Assembly: GCA_003990765.1 (NCBI GenBank)
Contig: RBNJ01000158.1
Location: forward strand, 1-38,635
DNA: 38,635 bases
Reading direction: 5' to 3'
DNA from: Jimgerdemannia flammicorona
Taxonomy: Eukaryota
Both the position numbers and the translations under genes were made by a program. The notes beneath the pieces were generated by a model. That model searched no databases and had not been told where the DNA came from. It worked only from the letters and a program-made list of their open reading frames with translations. Positions 22,994-36,386 of the stretch are shown piece after piece; position 1 is the first letter of the stretch; every line of letters starts with the position of its first letter.

Positions 22994-23525
22994 AGATTTC
23001 AAAATTGACATGACTTTTTAGCTCACAAGAACCCACAGTCAAACTAGATACATTTGATATAACAATAACCTCTGCTACTACAGGAGAACTAGTTATCACT
23101 GTATCTGGACAAGAAGAGAAGTAATTACATCAAGACTTGTCAACTACCCAGCATCAGAAGGTTCCCAACCAGAAGACAGTACAGCTTGAAATCCCCAACC
23201 AGATCAACTAGACAATACAGGCAGCCCTGCTAGAGATTTTGAAGAACTTGCACAAGAACTAAAAGATCTTATCACACAAACCTGAGACCTTACAGCCAGA
23301 TGCCCCATACCAGTCCCATCAATCTCACTAATAGAACCTTTACCACAACCTCTTGCAGAGTTGGAAGTAGCTCCTACAAGAATACCTTGGCTTATTCTAC
23401 TTCATCCAAGGTCCAGAACACCATCCTCAAGATACCCAAGCACTTCCATCTCCAGTAACAGTTCAGAAAGCAAATCAGAATCAGAATCCAAACTTGAACC
23501 AAAATCAGAAGAAAGTGACAATAAA

Positions 23526-26500
23526 ATGGCCACCTCATTGCCAACCTTTGCAGGATACCTAAAGGAAGACCCCAGAGAATTCCTTGATAGAATTGAAGGA
23601 ATCACAGCCTTGAGGAATCTCTCAAATAAAAGAAAAATTGCCATTTACAAAGCTCAGCTCAGAGAACCAGTTAGAGAAATTTTCCATTGAACAGCAAACA
23701 ACTCAGATTCAGAACTGGCAAGACAGATACAAGCAGCAATGTCTTATGAGCTAGAATATGAGGCCATGGTTCACTGGCTTATTGAAAAGTATGCAGGAAA
23801 TGAAATCTGCCACAAGGCTCAAGAATCCATCATGGGGATGAAGATGAATCTTAGAGAATCACTCAGAGTCTTCTTCACAAGATCCAGAAGAGAATGCATG
23901 CTGCCAGGTTCAATGCCACCAATCAGGACATCATTGTTCCAATGACCTTCATGAATAGAATTCCCCCAAACATTGCCCAGCATATTCACACCCTAGGCAT
24001 TAGAAGGTCCGAGGAGTAAGTAGATGTAGCCTAAGAATTCTTTGATGTTAGACAAGGAACTACCTGGAGTGATCATGATAAGAAAGAAGATAAAGAAGAT
24101 ATCCTGGTCAAAGACCTACAAGGACTCCTTTAAGGACAAGAAAGATCTGAAGAAAGAAGACTAGCCAAGGAAGGAAAAAAGAACAGAAGTGAAATTCAAG
24201 ACCTCAGCTCCAAATTGAACTAATTGGTTAGACAGATTGAAAAACTTACCATATGTGAAAATTGGGGCTACCAAGACAACAGAGGATATCCACCACAGAG
24301 GAGCCAAGGTTATCTACCAAGAGATAACAGGAATTACCAGTAAGAAGAAAGAAAGTATCCTATCTGAGACAGAGCCCAAGTCCAATGCTTTCACTGTAGA
24401 CAATTTGGACACTATGCCACTGAATGTAACAACAAAAGAAGTAACCAAAGGGACTCAGAATCATCAAACTGAAGGAATGACACCCAGTACAAGAAGACCA
24501 AAGCCCATCCTATTGAAGATTTCAAGGAAGTAAGCAATAGTGAAGACTACATTGACCTAGATCTGTACCCCACCAAGGCTACTACCTGAAAAATGGTCTA
24601 CCCAGCAGAAAAGAGGAAGAGACCTGTAGGAAGACCATCTAGGAATGTCAGCAGAAGAATCATCCAAGAGGAAGATGAAGAACATAAAGAAGAACAAGTA
24701 GAAACACCTCCCCAAACCCCCTCACCTTTTGTCTCTGAGACAAATGAGTTGCCACCAGAAGATGAAGAAATGGAACAAGAAGAATGGGAACCTGTTGCCC
24801 AAAGCCTAAGAAAAAGTACACCCCAAAGACCATATCTAGAGATATCTACAATGAAGCCTGACAGAAGATCCAAGAGGCCAAGATGGAAGTCCCTCTCCTA
24901 CAGTTTCTACAACTGACACCAGCTGGAGTCTGAAACAAATTGCTAAGAACCACCAGGTCTAGCACTGGCTGAGTTCTAATTCCACAGCAAGAATCAGTTC
25001 CCACCCCTGTACAAGCAGCTAAAAGATATGTCAGCACCTACCTATATGAAGATATTGGAGGACAAAAGGTGAAGATCCTTATAGATACAGGAGCAGCTGT
25101 CTGTGTCATTGCCAAATGGTTCCTGGACACCCTTCAATGGCCCATTGATGGACCATCCAATCTCAGTATCATAGTAGCAGATGGAGCCTGAACTCAACCC
25201 CTTGGAGAAGTATGAAACATCACCATATCCCTTGGACACATTCAGTTCTCCATCTCCAAAGCTGTTGTCACAGAAGCCATCACCTATGACATGATTCTTG
25301 GCACCAACTGGATGAAGGAAATGAATACAGTCATTGATATTGGTCAATAAGTACTCAAGTTTGACTACTGGGGCAAGAAGTACAGAGTTAAGGTGACTAG
25401 TTGTGAGCAATTGAAGAAGAAGAAGAAGATCACTATTCAGAAAGAATATGCCAGTAGTGAGGAGTCTACTACAGAAGAAGAAGAAGAATCTGAAGATGGA
25501 AATGATCCCAGACTCAATCCCCAAATTAACCTGGTGGATGACAGACCAGAAGACAATGTGTGGATCAAGAACACTATCCCTATTACCATTAGAGCTATTG
25601 CAGGAGAAGCCAAAGGATGCCCTATCTGCCTCAAGAGACATAAGTATTCTGAGCACTCCTCCAAGATCATAGGAACAAGGAAATCACCTGGCACAGCCTG
25701 CCCAGAATACAGAAAGAAGAAGAAAAAATGCAGATATATTCCAGAAACACCTGCAACTGAAGCTGCAGAAGTACAAGAAATTTGGGGTTAAGAATCATCT
25801 AAGGAAGAAGAAACTTCTGACCAAGAAGTTTCTGAACAAGAAGTATCTGAAGAAGAAGAGGTCCCTGAACTCATTCCCTGGAATGATCCTCACTGGACAC
25901 TATCTGAAGACAATGACCCTTGGAATACAGAAGAAGGATCCAGTATAATCACCATTATTCCAAAGAAAGAAACTCACCAAGAAAAGACTTTTTGGCTAGG
26001 AAGATGTCTACACCAAATGGTCTTCCACTCTCCTTGAGACTACTGCTATCAGTACCATTTACTAGACTAACAGGAGAGACAGAGACCCCAGAGATCAGAA
26101 CTCCCAAACATACTTACACAGTCAACTACCTTCCAAGAAGTTACCACCAAGTTACAAAGCTGATTCAGGGGACAAGGCTTCTTCACTTGGACAGAAATAT
26201 ATCTCTTGTCTACTCTTCTACCCACTTATAATCAAGATGGGTATCAATTCCCAAGATAATAAGAGATCAATAACCAGGAACATTATTTTTGAGTAATGAG
26301 ATATTGCAACCATAGAAGACACCCAGACTGCTGAGACTGTAGACATCAGAAGATCCATATCAGTTATGATATTGTAGTTCACACCTTGAAGAGAGGAGAT
26401 AACCAAAGCCAGATCTGAAAAAGTCAGACCAAAAAGCCAGGAAGAAGGACCCTCAAAATCTATGATTTAGGAGAAAACATCTTAGCTCTCATCAGATATA

Positions 26501-29313
26501 CAACCTACCAAGGATGGGCAGAAGATGCCACCAACTTCATGGAAGCCCTAGACCCTATAGAAAGAAGGGGAATCAACTATCTTCAAGACCCCTCTACTGG
26601 AGCCAGATGGCCACACCTCAACCTTAGAGCTTGGAGGCTCTCCACTAGTGGAGTTTCAGCCTTAGAAAAGCCCAAACTCAGCAAGGATATTGCCCAGTAT
26701 GCCCTGCTGCACCCCAAGGCCAAACCCCTGACCAAAGCCCATCCAGAGGATGTAGGATATGATCTTCACAGTCTGGAGGATAAATCTATCAAGCTCAGAA
26801 AAACCTTCATGATCAGAACCAGATTAGCTATATAGTCACTCCAAGGATCTTACATTCAACTGACCTCAAGGTCCGGACTTACCAGACAAGGAATAACTGT
26901 GGAAGGAGGAACCATTGACTCAGGATATACAGGCAAATCAAGGTTATCTTACACAACAGCAGTGCAGAATGACATCGAATCATTAGAGAACAGAAGATTG
27001 CCCAAGCAGTCTTCATGAAGGTCAAGACTCCATAGTTACAAGAAGTCTCCAAACTAACTGAAGAAACAAGACAAGCCAAGGGATTTGGAAGTTCAGACAA
27101 GAAGGAAGTACATCTCCTTTAAGTCAACTACCTCAAAAGGAATGTTCTCCAGCAAGTGTATCAGCAACCAGTCAGACTGCATAAAAATCTTATCCTGGAG
27201 CCTGGAGAACAACCACCTTCAAAATCTTTATACCACCCAACCCCAGAAACCTTTTCTTCGAACCCAAGGAAGATATTCCCCACCTGGACATAGAGGGGCA
27301 CACATTCCCTGATAAGATAAATCTGGTATATTCCCAAGCAATCAACCAAAGTTGGGAAACCATCATCTTGCCAAAAGGAACCATCATAGGACATCTGGTG
27401 CCCTTTCTCAACCAAACTCATAGAGAAGTTTATGAACTAAACCTATTGGGAAATGGCAAAAGATCCCAGAAGAAAGGAAAGACCCCTCTGCAACCCAGAA
27501 GATAGTGAAGCCTTCCACCAATATTGGAGAAGAATTGATACCCCAACAACAGCAACAACTAGTAAAAATTCTCAAAAAATATCAAGATATCTTTATCACT
27601 AATTATGGCAACCTGCCATACAATCCATCATATCACCACAGCATAAATACAGGAAATGCCACACCCATTCAGCAGAAACCCTATAGAATACCCCATCACT
27701 TGAAAACATTTGAAAAGGAGCACATTTAAGAACTCTTAGACAATGGGGTTATCTGACCCTCTACCAGTCCCTGGACTAGTTCTATACTTATTGTACCAAA
27801 GAAAGGAGGATGGAGACTTTGTGTGGATTACAGAAAACTCAATTCAGTCACCAAAAGGATATATATTCTTTGCTCAGAATCAATGATCTTTTGGATCAGT
27901 TACAAGATACCAGATACTTCAGCAGTATGGACCTCTTTGTGAGATTCCATGAGATCCCCATGGACCCCAAAGACATTCAAAAGACAGCCTTTCTTACTCT
28001 AGGAAAACTGTTTGAGTACCTTTGAATACCCTTTGGACTCTGCAATACACCTCCCATCTTTCAGAGAATGATAAATTCAGTCTATGCCCCCTTGATCCAC
28101 CACTGTCTGATTGTATATATGGACAATTCCAACATCTATTTAGCAAATTTCGAGGAATACCTGCACCACCTAGAGGAATTCTTCAAGCTCATCCACAAAA
28201 ACCACTTGAGACTAAATGTAAAGAAATGCTACTTTGGGAAACAGAAACTTGAATTCCTTAGATTTATAGTTTCAAAAGAAGAAACCCATACAGACTCAAA
28301 GAAAACCGAGAAGATCAACAATTGGCTAATACTCAAAACTCTGAAGGAAATGCTATCATTCCTGATACTAGTATCCTACTACAAAAGGTTTATTAAGGAC
28401 TTTGCCCAAATTGCCACTCCAATCTGAATCCTTCTCAAAAAAGGAGTGCCATTCAAATGGACAGAATCATAAGAAAAAGTCTTCAAAGAACTCAAGAACT
28501 GTATGACTACAGTACCAATCCTTGTGTACTCCAATCTACAGAAGCCATTCATCTTATATACAAATGCTTCTAAATATGGCCTTAGAGCAGTTTTAGCCCA
28601 AGAAGGACCCAATCAACAGCATCATATGATAGCTTATGCAAGTAGAGCTACTAATTAGCAGCAGATAAACTATAGTAGCACCAAACTAGAATGTCTTATA
28701 GTCATATGGACAGTCACCCTGTTCAAGCATTATCTCATCAGAAAAGGTTTACTCTGATCACAGACTATACAGCCCTCAAATGGTTATTTAACTACAAAGA
28801 ACTCACTGGAATCTTAGCCTGCTGGATCCTTATTCTTTAGGATTACAAAATTACCATCATTTACAAAGTAGGGAAAGCTCACAACAATGTTGATGTACTT
28901 TCCTGCCAGCCTCAATGAACCAGAAGAAGGGTGTCCCAAGGAACTATACCCTAAAGAAAGCTCCTCAGACCATTAAGGCACAAGAAGATCTCATCCAAAA
29001 ATAATATCAGAAAGCCCATCAGAGATAAGCAAACATAGAAGAGAGGCTGCAAACAACATGCCAACATTGGCCCAATCTCAGAACATAAGTCTGGAACATA
29101 CTCAAGAAATATGACACCTGCCAGAAGTATCAAGGAAAGAAGAACTATCAAGCACTATTGCAACCAATCATACTACTAGACAATATCTTTCAGAGATGTA
29201 ATTGGACCTCTCCCAGTTATATCAAGAAGAAATAAATATATCCTTATATTTGTGGAATATCTGACCAAGTGGCCCAAGGCTTTCTCAATAGAAATCACAG
29301 ATGCCCTAACTAT
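23526..29313 (+). pseudogene. Gypsy C gag-pol (gag, CCHC, protease, dUTPase, RT, RNase H, integrase N-terminus)
   Basis: LPTFAGYLKEDPREFL, CFHCRQFGHYATEC (~24385), ILIDTGA (~25075), WRLCVDYRKLN, KTAF, YMDN, NASKYGLRAVLAQ, EYLTKWPKAF. Confidence 0.92.
26690..27096 (+). pseudogene. dut: dUTPase domain of Gypsy C, between protease and RT
   Basis: KAHPEDVGYDL, SRSGL, GGTIDSGYTG, KIAQ, RQAKGFGSSD across frameshifts. Confidence 0.9.
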
Positions 29314-29460
29314 GGACTTCTTTTGCTCAAACCACTCAGAGCAAGCTAAGCCACACAGGCATCTTTTGGTAAAAGACAACATATTTTTAAGTTTTTATTT
29401 CAAACATACTGATGTATATCATGTGACAGGAGTCAACCTATAAGGCACAACAAGTTTTAA

Positions 29461-31350
29461 GAAAAACTGTCAAGTTTTGGTGATATAGCTAGTCAAGGTT
29501 TCTCTAGCTCTGAGTGTCTGGAGAGGAGGAGACCTGGTCTGGGTATTCCTAAGAGCTTTGCAGCTGCTGCAGGGGCTGGTGTGGCTGCAGGAGGGGCTGG
29601 TGGACAGAGGAGGTCTGGTGGGATTGAGGCCTAGCATACGGTGGTTAGGAATAGGAGGGCTGTAGCTAGGCCCATAGGGGTGGGCCAGGGGGGGCATAGT
29701 GTTGACAGGGGGAGGGGTCAGGTGATGAGTCAGGTGACAGGTCAGATGGCTGGCAGGGGACAGAGGTCTGGTGGTGTGATGCTAGAGACTGGTTCTTCTG
29801 TGGCTGGGCAGGTGGCTGGAGAGAGGACTGCTGGTGGTACAGCTGTGACTAGTGAGGTGACTACTGGTGTTTCTGGGACCAAAGGAAAGGTGACTCTGGC
29901 AGCAGGGACAGGCAAGTTGGTGGTGAGGCCTTTCTTCCACAAATCGGTATAAATATGAGTAATCTTGGTGAACTTTCTGGGATTGGTGATGTCAGCGAGA
30001 GAGGTTCTGAGGCTGGTGGGGGAGGAAGTGGCTGGGGCAGAATCTCTGAAGTTCATCTCTTTGACAAAGGCTGTGGAGATTGGATTCATGGAGGAGGATG
30101 TGATGGTGAAGGCACTGGAGAAAGGGATGACAGTCAAGAATGTCCATATTGGGATAGCAAGGTGTCTGAGGTGGGATCTATGTGCTGTTTGACTGATGGT
30201 AGAAGGATTGCCAACTCTGGGCAGACAGGAGATCAAGGAGATAGTAGTAGAGGCACTGGGTGGATATAGTGAGATGGTGGACTTCAGGTTCATGTTCTGG
30301 GAGGGTACTAAGTTAAGGAATGATAACTGCGAGATAATGCTGCAACTGGAAGGCAAGGAGGTGATGGGGCTAGGATATGACTGGCCTGAGGGGATTAGAA
30401 TTGGGGGGCAAGAGTGTAAGGTGTGGAGGAGGAAGGGAGTGGAACTGGAGGAGAAAGAGTTGGCAATTGCTCTGGAGGAGAGAGAGGCAGCCAAGGAGTT
30501 GTGAAAGAGGAAGTGGGAGGAGTATGCCAAGGATTGGGTCTGGATCCAGGCAGATGGCAAGTGGAAGAGGTGGAGGAAAAGAAACTGAGAGCATCTGCAG
30601 GTGGCCCTTCAAGGGGCAGCAGTGGAAGAGGAGGCAAGAGTAGAGGTGGCCAAGAATCAGATGGAAGGAGTGGAGATAGCAGAGGTTTCCTTCTCCCAGC
30701 TGGGTGGTGTAGAGAACTCAGTATATGTGCTGGTGAGAGGAAAGTGGGCAGACAAGGAGGAGGTTGGTGAAGAAGGCTTTGAGGTTGATAATGAAGTAGT
30801 GCCAGAGACTCAGGTGGAGGATACCTATATGGCTGGGGTAGCAAATGTACACTGGGAGTGCCCAGAAGCTGGTGAGGTAGTTTATTTGGAGAAGGTTGCA
30901 GAGGAGGATGAGCTGGTGGATGTGGCCTCTAATGTGTCAGTGGACAGGGAGCAATTGCAAGAGCTGAGCAGGACCCCCAGGCCTTCGACTCCCAGACCCC
31001 TGATAATGACAGTGGAGAGCTGGTATCAGGAAGTGCTTGTGGAGCTGGCAGAGGAAGACATCAAAGAGATGGACATATTTCAGAGTTCTCAGGAGGCATG
31101 GGAAGGATTTCTCAATGTAGCAATGCAGGGGCCTAAGCTGGTGATGGCAATAGTAGCCACTCTTCTGAATAATGAAGGATATGATGTTGATGAGAGCAGA
31201 ATGGCCGACATCAGGAAGATGGCAGCAGAAAGAGTGGACCTTTTCTGCAGCAGTGCAAATGGTGATCATATCTGGAGGGCAATTTGTAAAGACCAGTGAG
31301 AGATTATTAGAGAAAGGGCTGAGAAGGTGGTGGTGGTCCTAGCTGAGCTT
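29461..31350 (+). pseudogene. LINE ORF1 (SFAAAA motif, RRM-like middle, acidic C-terminal part)
   Basis: In-frame fragments 29641, 29965, 30196 and 30601 separated by stops; boundaries approximate. Confidence 0.7.
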
Positions 31351-31365
31351 TAAACAATTTCCTTG

Positions 31366-34300
31366 ATGATGAAGAACAGTCTACATATTTTATCAATCAA
31401 TGTCAATGGATTGCAGGATGGTATTAAGAGACAGCAGCTTTTCAGGTGGCTTAAAGTCAGGAGGTATGATGTGGTATTTCTTCAGGACATTTGGGCTTAT
31501 GGAGTATTAGACTATGAGATGTGGAATAAAGAATGGTATGGTGGAGTAGGTTGGAATAAGCAGGTGGGTATCTTGGTTAGTATAGGCAAAGGCGAGCTAG
31601 TGGATGTAGAGATCTATAGTAACAGATTGATTTGGAGAAGACTAAAAGGAGGGGCAGGTGATGGTTTGATAGTTGGATCAGTTTACCTCCCTGCAGTTGG
31701 CAGAGAGTGAAAGCAATGAGTTGAGAGATGGCAGGCATGGAATGGGTGGGAGGCAGTTGCTTTGGACATTTTGGGGGAAGACTTCAATATGGTGCATGAT
31801 AGAACATTAGATAGGTCTGATGGTGGAGCAGGAGTTGCAGTGTTCTCTGGACTTTCTCAATGGCTTCAGGTGGAGCAAGACATGGGTTTAGTGGATGGCA
31901 TTTGTCAATGATAAGGGGATAAGTTAGGGCCTTTTACCCAGTGGTATCCTGTTGGAACTGCCTTGGTTGGGATACGAATAGATTGGGTACTAGTGATAGA
32001 GTGCTGGGGCAATATACTGGATATGGCTGAGGTACACTGGTGCACTTGGTCTGATCACTGGGGAGTGGAGGTTTGCAGTAGATTCCAAGTGGTGGGCAGT
32101 GGTGGAGGGCACTGGCACCTCAATATAGTCTTACTCAGAAGGAAGAAGGAGAAGGACCATTTTGTGACAGTTGTGAGACTGGAAGTAATGCAATGGCAGA
32201 ATGAAGAGCAGTTGATAGTAGAATGGTGGGGCAAATTCAAACATCTGGCTGGTACTTACTGGCATGATGTTGGAGAAGTGGCTGAGAAGGAGCAGAAAGA
32301 CAAGGAAAGGAGAGTAGAGAAGGGGCTGAGATGGTGATTGAAGCTTTTGGAAGGGGGGAACTTATCTGGAGAGATATGCCACCAGTTGGCAGTAGAGGTG
32401 GCAGAGCTGCAGGTGGATTTAAGGGTATCTGAGACCAGGGTGGTATATGGCCTGCTGGCCAGACTGCGAGCTAGATGGTTGGAAGAAGGAGAGAGGCCAA
32501 CAAGATATCTGTCTGGTATTTTGAAGGCTAGAAGAGTATGGCATAGTTGGGCCTTGGTGTTGTGTAAAGATAGAGTCAAGGTCTCTGGGATTGCTGACAT
32601 ACTAGAGGAGGTATCTGGCCAATGGCAAGCTCTCTGGCAGGATGACAGGGAGCATGCTGAGGATACCAGGCTTGGAGAGAATGATAACAATATGGTAACT
32701 GATTGGCCAGTGACCATGATACCTAAGATAGGGGAGGCAGTCATGGGGGAGGTGTCTCTAGATGAAGTATTGGAGGTACTGAGAAAGACATAGACTGGTT
32801 TGTCTCCTGGGGAGGATGGATTGCCCTGGGAATTCTGGAAGGAGTTCAAGACAGAGTTTGGTGACTGGTTGGTAGAGATGGCTAATGCCATTCTGAAGGA
32901 GAGTAGTTGGATTAGCAATGGCTCCTTGGGACTAGTTTCTCTTCTATATAAAGAAAAGGGAGATAGACGAGTGTGGTATAATTGGCAACCTATCATACTG
33001 CTGAATGTGGATAGAAAATTAGTATCCAAGATTCTAGTAGAGAGGATGCAACAGTATGTTGGTGTACTTGTTGGGGAGGAGCAGCGAGGCTTTGTCAAGG
33101 GGAGGCAGATCAGAGATAGTACTGCTTGGGTGCAGAATGTCTTAGAGGGCTGTAGGAGCCAGCAGATTGATGGTCAGATGGTCTTTTTAGATCAAGAGAA
33201 AGCCTATGACAGAGTGTGGTGAAGCTACTTGGAGGCTGTTCTGAGGAGAGCAGGGTTCGGTGAAGTAGAGGCAGGGTAATTGATGGGCTTGATACAGGGA
33301 TACTGAGCAGTGGTAATAATGAATGAATGATGTAGACCAGAGTTTGCCTTGGGGTGTAGAGTACCAAAAGGGGACCCTCTCTCCCCCCTTCTCTATGTAC
33401 TTTCTCTAGAGCCTTTGCTGGTGTGACTGAAGGGGTGGCTTTCTGGACTGTGGATGGGAGATGTGGTCTGGCAGTTGGGTGTTTTTACAGATAACATAGT
33501 GGTAGGGTTGGGAAGTCAGGAGGATGTCGAAGTCCTACAGAAAGGAGTTGGACAGTATGAGAGGCTGGCAGGGGCTAAGTTGAATTGGGGCAAGTGCAAG
33601 ACAATGGAACTTGGTACTGGCCTGGGGGAACATGGACAATTCAGACAATTGGTAGCTACAGGGAGTGCTGTTCAGTATCTGGATATCTGGTTCTCAGTAT
33701 ATGGGACAGTTCTGCCAAAGGAGTGGTGGTGTGGATTGATTCAGAAGCTGGAAGGTGCACTGATGGGATGGTCAGGAAGGAACTTCTCTTTAGTGGGCAG
33801 GATAGTAGTTTTGAATATATATTGGCTGCCCAAACTGTGGTACCTCGGTTACCATCTGGATTTTCCAGAATGGGTGGTGCAGCAACTGAAGAAAATTATA
33901 GAAGGGTGGTTATGGCATGAGAGGTGTCTACAGATTGGGTGGGAAACTTTGGTGATGAGGACTTCTGATGGGGGCATGGGGCTGGTGGATTTCAGGTACT
34001 GGCTGAAGGTACTTAGGGGTTAGTGGGGGTGCCAAATACTGGAACTAGGTGAGAAAGGGTGGGGCAGACTGACCATGGACAATTGGGAGATCTGGTTCTG
34101 CTCAAGGAGTGAGGTGTGGAAGAATATGTGGGGCTTGCTTCAGGTTGGAAGTGTAGGGAGACTGCAGTTTAAGGGGTTCTGGTGGGGTATTGTAGAGGCC
34201 TGGCTGGCCATGGGGTTGGCAGGCCCAGAGATAGAGGTGGGTGAGAACCCTGAGCTAAAATGGTGGTGACTGAAAGACCTTCACATTTGTGGCCACAGTT

Positions 34301-35010
34301 TGAAGGAGTACTCTCTGGTTGGGTGATGGAGTGGATCAGGTCAGGCCCTCTGGAGAGATGGCCACCTGGTTGACAGAGAGTTGGTATTGGTGAAGACTGG
34401 GAGTGGGTTCAAATCTGGAATTGGAGAGCCTTGGTATACAAGATGGGTGCCTCTCAAGTACTGGATGGTTTGGTGGCGATTCTTGAGGCGCAATGTGATG
34501 CTGAGCTATTGGACAGGCTGGATGGAGATAGATGGCTGTCAGGACTGTAAGTAGTATAATGAGGTGGATAGAGGAATTGTTCAGATACCAGAATATGTTC
34601 TGGTGGCCTGCCCAGGTGTGGAAGGGTTTTGGCAGAGTTTGGAAGATTACTGGGGCCCAGAGAGACAGAGGGCAGAAGATCCAGCCAGTCTGGTGGCCAA
34701 GCACCAGCTAGTGGGGGAGATTGGTGATATCTGGAGTGGTCTAGGCTGAGTTTTGGAGGTCTGGGTCCTGATGGCAGTGCATTGGCAGTGGATTTTTGAA
34801 CAGAACCCATGGATGGAAATTGGAGAGATGGTGGAGCAGTGGAGGTGGCTTCTCCAGGAGGTGGTACAGGGGTGGTAGTACCAGGGGAAGCAACTTCAAC
34901 CAGGGGTCTTAAAAAAGGTACAGGACATTGTACAGCAGAGTCGAGGGTACTTGGTGTTAGATGATATGGGGTAAGATGGAAGGAAGGGGTTGGCTGAAGG
35001 AATCTACTAA
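31366..35010 (+). pseudogene. LINE ORF2: APE endonuclease, RT, C-terminal Cys motif
   Basis: SINVNGL, FLQD, SVYLPA, GEDFN, RIDW, SDH; SPGEDGL, WQPIILLN, QRGF, DQEKAYDRV, KGDPLSP, FTDN; CQDC...C. Confidence 0.93.
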
Positions 35011-35099
35011 GTGTATTATATGTTATTATGTGAGGTTCATAGTGGTTGTAGTTAGTTATTATTGTATTAGATAGTTCATAATAAAGGAGTCCAAGTGAC

Positions 35100-35167
<68 letters not shown>

Positions 35168-35177
35168 CCCTAACTAT

Positions 35178-35847
35178 TATAGACCTTCTCCATAGACTCA
35201 TACTCAGATATGGACCCCCAGAAGAACTTATCTCTGACCAAGGCACAGAATTCATCAATAACATAATCACAAGTTATGTCTAAATTTACAAGATCTACCT
35301 CAAATGGACTACATTATACCACTCTCAGACCAATGGCATGATAGAAAGAATGAACCAGACCATCTAGAAAGGACTTGCCTGAGTCAATCCTACCAATTGG
35401 GACCTCTGCTTACCTGAGATCCTATGGGAAATTCAGAACACCCCTGCTGCCTCCACCAAACAGAAGCCATTTGAAATGATGTTTACCAAGAAAACCAGAA
35501 CTGCTGACCATGAGAATCTTGGAGATCTTCTCAAGAAGGCAGAACAGTTACATAATCAAGCCCAAGGTCAGATTATCAAAGCTCAAGAAAGACAAAAGAA
35601 GTACTATAACCAAAAACAAAAGGATCAGAAGATCAAGATTAGAGATCAAGTACTAGTTTGGGGAAACATGATCAAAACAAATTTTGCTACCAAACTGGAA
35701 TCCAAATGAGAAGGACCTTATCTTGCACATAACATTAGAGGAACCAGCATCTATTTAAGAAGTATGGATAGACAAATCCTCAGGACACCAGTATACATCA
35801 ATTGTCTCGAAATATACTTTTCTCCATATCATGAATTAGAGAGTTGA
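35178..35847 (+). pseudogene. Gypsy C integrase core and C-terminus, downstream of the LINE
   Basis: RYGPPEELISDQGTEF, YHSQTNGMIERMNQT, K*EGPY. Confidence 0.92.
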
Positions 35848-36386
35848 CAACCACCTTCAAACTCTTGTCCTCAGCTCATTTTAATCACTACCAGTTTCCC
35901 TACCCCAATTCTGAGAAGTCAATGGAAACACTCTCCAGAAGATTCAGATTTATCAAGAGAATCTTGTCCTGACCAGATAGTTACTATAGGTCCACCAACT
36001 CCAGACCCATTATACAATTAGAAAACAATTGCAGAACCTCCCAGTTCCAGAACAAACATATATCAGAAATATCACAGAACTATCAAGGAGAGATGCCACT
36101 GCTACAGACAGGCTGTACACTCTTTATAAGTGAAATCCTATAGCCCTGATATAAGTATAATTCTCCTGGTATAATATATGAGAAATAAACCCAGTCATCT
36201 ATCTGAGTATCATTAATGCTATCAAAGTCCTATTTCCAGAAGAAGAAGAAGAACCCTTGGAATAGAGCAACTATGGTACAGATGATGAAGATGATGGAAC
36301 AGGTATTGATGCAGAAGATACTTACCTATACTGGGATGATGACTAAAGAACAGTCTGAGGACAGACCATCCTTTAGTGAGGGCTGA

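Larger units (their letters stand above)
29314..35165 (+). mobile_element. Full-length L1/Tx1-type non-LTR retrotransposon inserted in the Gypsy C integrase
   Basis: 13-bp TSD ATGCCCTAACTAT (29301-29313 and 35165-35177), AATAAA then A63 (35103-35165), ORF1 and APE-RT ORF2. Confidence 0.95.

Noticed and set aside
35076..35283. Poly-Lys and poly-Phe ORFs
   Set aside because: Translation of the LINE poly(A) tail.
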